Assembly: GCA_037444485.1 (NCBI GenBank)
Contig: JBBIMI010000029.1
Span: forward strand, 1-10,097
Source: Candidatus Micrarchaeota archaeon
GTDB taxonomy: Archaea; Micrarchaeota; Micrarchaeia; Norongarragalinales; Norongarragalinaceae
Reading direction: 5' to 3'
Length of the DNA: 10,097 bases
The notes beneath the pieces were generated by a model. It had not been told where the DNA came from, did no database searches, and saw only the letters and a program-made list of their open reading frames with translations. Below are positions 7,308 to 10,097 of this stretch, in pieces. Numbering within the stretch: the stretch's first letter is position 1; every line of letters begins with the position of its first letter. The position numbers were made by a program, and so were the translations under genes.

Positions 7308-7520
7308 TTAAATTATTTTCATTACTATCGCGCTGTACAACAGTGACGCTAACACTATCGCGTAAATCATCCAATCCGGCAGGATGAACGAGGTTTTCGA
7401 CATCGCGGCTTCAAAAGACACGGGCCGGTCTTGAATGTGGACAATGCCGATTTCTTCAAGCAACGCCATGAACTGCGCGCTCAAGTGACTCGGACCCCTC
7501 AAATCACTCCAGAAACCCAT
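7308..7520 (-). CDS. Small hypothetical protein with a single C-terminal transmembrane helix (gene C, 70 aa)
   Basis: ATG start after GGTGTAGAAA. C-terminal WMIYAIVLASLLYSAIVMKII. It fills the space between the upstream low-complexity spacer and gene D. Confidence 0.72.
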   Translation of the reverse strand: MGFWSDLRGPSHLSAQFMALLEEIGIVHIQDRPVSFEAAMSKTSFILPDWMIYAIVLASLLYSAIVMKII

Positions 7521-7547
7521 TTTCTACACCATTTTTGTTTTTTTTCT

Positions 7548-7648
7548 TTTTCCACTTCTTTCTTTTCCACTTCTTTCTTTTTCCACTTCTTTCTTTTCCA
7601 CTTCTTTCTTTTCCAAGGGTTTTCTTTCTTTCCAAGAAAGAAAAGCTT
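7548..7648. repeat. 15/16-bp tandem repeat (4 copies) followed by the repeated hairpin
   Basis: CCACTTCTTTC at 7552, 7567, 7583 and 7598. Hairpin AAGGGTTTTCTTTCTT-TCC-AAGAAAGAAAAGCTT at 7615-7648. Confidence 0.88.
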
Positions 7649-7650
7649 TT

Positions 7651-8052
7651 TTAGTCTATTAATACTAGTGACCTGTGTTTTCCGAATTTTGTTACTATGA
7701 AATTACACCACCACGCTAAGTCAGCGTGCCTGGCCGCGAGCGCGATCATTAGTAACGCGCCGGGCGCGAAGGCGTTCAGCGTTAGAATGCCGCCTGCAAA
7801 AAACAGTGCTGCTTTAAACGTGTTCGCGTAACGCATTTTGTAAAAATCTATGTATTCTGCCAAGTAATCCCAACGCTTGTGCATCTTCATGGTTGGGGGA
7901 ACGTGAGCAGGGTAATCTACAGCAACAAAGCTAGTCATGCCTGTGCCGTCAACTGCGCGTTGCTGTTCCTCCATTCCTCGGCGAACTTGCTGGTCTAACG
8001 GCGCAGTGTTCGGCGCGGAAATTGTTTCAATCGTTTCAATGCTTCCAGCCAT
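7651..8052 (-). CDS. Small hypothetical membrane protein, paralogue B (133 aa)
   Basis: ATG at 8052 after GAGTGG (MAGSIETIET...); the ORF track's 8085 start runs through the low-complexity spacer. Motif KRWDYLAEYIDFYK is followed by a hydrophobic hairpin. Confidence 0.8.
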   Translation of the reverse strand: MAGSIETIETISAPNTAPLDQQVRRGMEEQQRAVDGTGMTSFVAVDYPAHVPPTMKMHKRWDYLAEYIDFYKMRYANTFKAALFFAGGILTLNAFAPGALLMIALAARHADLAWWCNFIVTKFGKHRSLVLID

Positions 8053-8082
8053 TTTTTTCCACTCTTTTTTCGTTCTTTTTTT

Positions 8083-8140
8083 CAAGTTTCAATGTTTTCT
8101 TTTTTCCAAGGTTTTTTCTTTTCCTAAAAGAAAAAAGCTT
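8083..8140. repeat. Repeated hairpin element after gene A, sharing sequence with 6712-6804
   Basis: CAAGTTTCAATGTTTTCTTTTTT (also at 6712), then AAGGTTTTTTCTTTT-CCT-AAAAGAAAAAAGCTT at 8108-8140. Confidence 0.88.
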
Positions 8141-8145
8141 TTTTT

Positions 8146-8535
8146 TCAAGTGCCTTCCAGCAAGTACCTTTTCTTCAAGAGTTTGGTTATGTAGAATCCT
8201 CTGCGGACGTGTTCGCCGTACCACCAGCCTGCAAGCAGTGCAGCACCGCCAGCAAGCCATGGTTGGTTTGCGAAGAAAAGCCAAATCGCGCCTGCGCCTG
8301 CAAGCGCTGCACCGACTCGCGTTAATTGCCAAGCGCGCCATGCGCTGATGTTGTTGTTTAAGAACTCTTGACGCGTGGTGACTTTGATGACTGGTTTGCC
8401 TTCGCTTGCTACAGGCAAAAACATTTGAGTTTTACGCCAGCCGCTAGCGCTACTCGCATTGCCGCTGTTTTCAGTCTCGCCACTAAACCGCTTTCTGTCA
8501 GCGTTGACTACGCGCATTACTTCACGCAGTGACAT
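8146..8535 (-). CDS. Small hypothetical membrane protein, paralogue A (129 aa)
   Basis: ATG start after AGGCGAG. Motif TRQEFLNNNISAWR is followed by an Ala/Gly-rich hydrophobic hairpin and a basic tail. Confidence 0.8.
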   Translation of the reverse strand: MSLREVMRVVNADRKRFSGETENSGNASSASGWRKTQMFLPVASEGKPVIKVTTRQEFLNNNISAWRAWQLTRVGAALAGAGAIWLFFANQPWLAGGAALLAGWWYGEHVRRGFYITKLLKKRYLLEGT

Positions 8536-8740
8536 TGCTCTCGCCTTTCTCGTGTTCTAGCTTTTTTACAAAAACTCTTCACTTTTTTTCGCCAATTTTT
8601 TTCGCTGATTCTTTGCCGCGCATCGCAGTGCAAGCGGTTTCCTTGCATGTTGTTTAGCGCAGCAGCACCAGTTAACGCGTGTTAACGCTTGGGTGCGGTT
8701 GTGCATGCGGTTGTGCACTAAAATAAGCGCAGCCATAATA

Positions 8741-8809
8741 TATATACTTTTTGGTAGTAACATTTACGTTTGCAACGCATAGCGTTTATATACTTTTTGG
8801 TAGTAACAT
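8741..8809 (-). promoter_or_regulatory. Exact 23-bp direct repeat, probably tandem BRE/TATA promoters for the minus-strand cluster
   Basis: TATATACTTTTTGGTAGTAACAT at 8741-8763 and 8787-8809. The minus strand reads ATGTTACTACCAAAAAG-TATATA, a purine-rich BRE followed by TATA. Confidence 0.65.
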
Positions 8810-8945
8810 CTAGCATTTGTAAAGTTGTGATAGGTTGTAATAGTGGGGATAAGTAAGGGATAAGTAATAGTGTGGGGGACAATTAGGTGGCGAGAACAGT
8901 AGGCGGATTTAGCAGGTTTAGGCAGGTTTAGTATATTACATATTT

Positions 8946-8996
8946 AATACTCTATATTAAATACTCTACAGAATACTCTATATTAATATTCTACAG
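8946..8996. repeat. Imperfect ~26-bp tandem repeat built from AATACTCTA units
   Basis: AATACTCTATATTAAATACTCTACAG (8946-8971) and AATACTCTATATTAATATTCTACAG (8972-8996). Confidence 0.8.
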
Positions 8997-9412
8997 TATT
9001 CGTAGCATCCTTTCATTTAGTTCAGTATTCACGTCCTTACGTTTTTGCTATTACTTGTAAGTTATTTAGTTGTATTGAGTAGTTTGTGGTTGTTTTGTAG
9101 TTGTTTGCCGGGTGGCTTGGCGGTTGGAGGGGCTGGCCGCTTTGGAGGGTGACGCGGGACGGTGCGGGAACAATGCGTGTTAGCGCCGGTGTCGGTTTCT
9201 GTCGCTGTTGCTTATTGTCTTGTTGCCCGTTGTCTGGTAGGAGATGTTAGGGTGTTGCGCGCGAGTTGCCGGTTGCCGGCGCTGAAGGCTGCTGACGGCA
9301 GGAGTAAAGCAGTTGAGTGAAAGCGTGGACTCGAGGGGAAGCGGAGATTAAACTAGAGGGGGACTGGCGGGCTTTGCGCGAGGACGCTTTACGCGATGAC
9401 GACGAGCGAAAA

Positions 9413-9490
9413 CAAAAAGAGTTTAAAAACCAGTGGCGCAAGCCGACTGCGAGTTCGACGTTTGCCGTGTAATCGATAAGTTTAAAAAGC
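9413..9490 (+). promoter_or_regulatory. Candidate tandem BRE/TATA promoters upstream of the S-layer gene
   Basis: CAAAAAGAG-TTTAAAAAC (9413-9430) and GATAAG-TTTAAAAAGC (9475-9490). Confidence 0.45.
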
Positions 9491-9686
9491 GTGTTTCTTA
9501 AACTCTTAAAAGCGACTCAGTAGAGTGCATCTCTGCGTGGTTTGCTTTATTTTAGCTTGTCCCGCGTTTCGCGGGCGTGGAGAGCGATTTTTTACTGTGG
9601 TTGCGCCAACAAAAAATATCTTTGATGAAAATTGTTTTAAAGAATAAAAGTGTTTTACGAACCAGTTTGGTTCGTGAGGTGGTTTC

Positions 9687-10097
9687 GTGAAAAGCATGAA
9701 CGTAAAGAGAATTGCGGCAACTGCCTTGGGCGCTGCAATGGTTGGAGCAGCGTTCGCTGGAGCAGTTAGCGTAGACCCCGGCTTGAGTAACTTCAAGTTT
9801 TTCGATGGCGGGTCACCGAACGTGAAAATCGTTGTAGGCAGCGCTGCTGCGCCGAGTGACGCTGTTGCTGCAGCTAACATTGCTGCAATGATTGGCAACC
9901 TGGCGTACACTAGCTCAGACATTACCGTCCTCGGCAAGGACCAATTGTCGTGCGGCGGCGGAGGCGAGGCTACTGAAAAAACTACTACGCTTGAAGTAAC
10001 CACGCCTGGAGTGAACCCGAACGTAGCGTACCAAATGAAGACGTACATTCAAGGCTATCTAGACAAGACGCCGATTGACGACCGCATCAACGACATG
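9687..10097 (+). CDS. Archaeal S-layer protein (S_layer_N-type N-terminus), 3'-truncated
   Basis: RBS GAGGTGG, then GTG at 9687 (alternative ATG at 9696). Signal peptide MKSMNVKRIAATALGAAMVGAAFAGA is followed by the conserved KIVVGSAAAPSDAVAAANIAAMIG. The frame is open to the window end, and the ORF track misses it. Confidence 0.9.
   Translation, partial: MKSMNVKRIAATALGAAMVGAAFAGAVSVDPGLSNFKFFDGGSPNVKIVVGSAAAPSDAVAAANIAAMIGNLAYTSSDITVLGKDQLSCGGGGEATEKTTTLEVTTPGVNPNVAYQMKTYIQGYLDKTPIDDRINDM

Noticed and set aside
6772..8140. Integron attC cassette array
   Set aside because: The hairpins lack RYYYAAC/GTTRRRY ends, are shorter than attC sites, and no integrase is present.
8741..8809. Mini CRISPR array
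   Set aside because: Only two repeats with a 23-nt spacer and no cas genes. The repeat reads as BRE/TATA.
9100..9320. SRP RNA or RNase P RNA in the GC-rich gap
   Set aside because: I found no SRP helix-8 or RNase P P4 consensus on either strand by eye.
9506..10048. 180-aa minus-strand ORF and other antisense or low-complexity ORFs (e.g. 107-595, 5379-5861, 6565-6834, 7431-7700, 8022-8348)
   Set aside because: These are shadows of well-supported genes or Phe/Lys-rich translations of repeats.

Overview
Archaeal chromosomal window, probably from a DPANN-type lineage such as Micrarchaeota. The lineage is an inference from the intron-containing tRNA without encoded CCA, the Brix and prefoldin-beta genes, the S-layer protein and BRE/TATA-like promoters. 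Plus-strand content, in order: the 3' part of an APC amino-acid permease, tRNA-Ser(TGA) with a 27-nt intron, a hypothetical gene apparently split by a -1 frameshift at an A8G4 run, a calcineurin-like metallophosphoesterase, a Brix/acylphosphatase/prefoldin-beta cluster, and a bacterial-type S-adenosylmethionine synthetase (metK). Next come a minus-strand cluster of five small unknown membrane proteins, about 1.1 kb of repeat-rich noncoding DNA, and the 5' part of an S-layer gene. Two features stand out. (1) metK is interrupted inside its GHPDK motif by a 78-nt insert with two in-frame stops. The insert folds into a relaxed bulge-helix-bulge, and its predicted cut sites restore GHPDKICDQ exactly, making it a candidate archaeal endonuclease-spliced mRNA intron. 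(2) Four of the five small membrane proteins are divergent paralogues sharing a motif, and three of these genes are followed directly by the same repeated hairpin.
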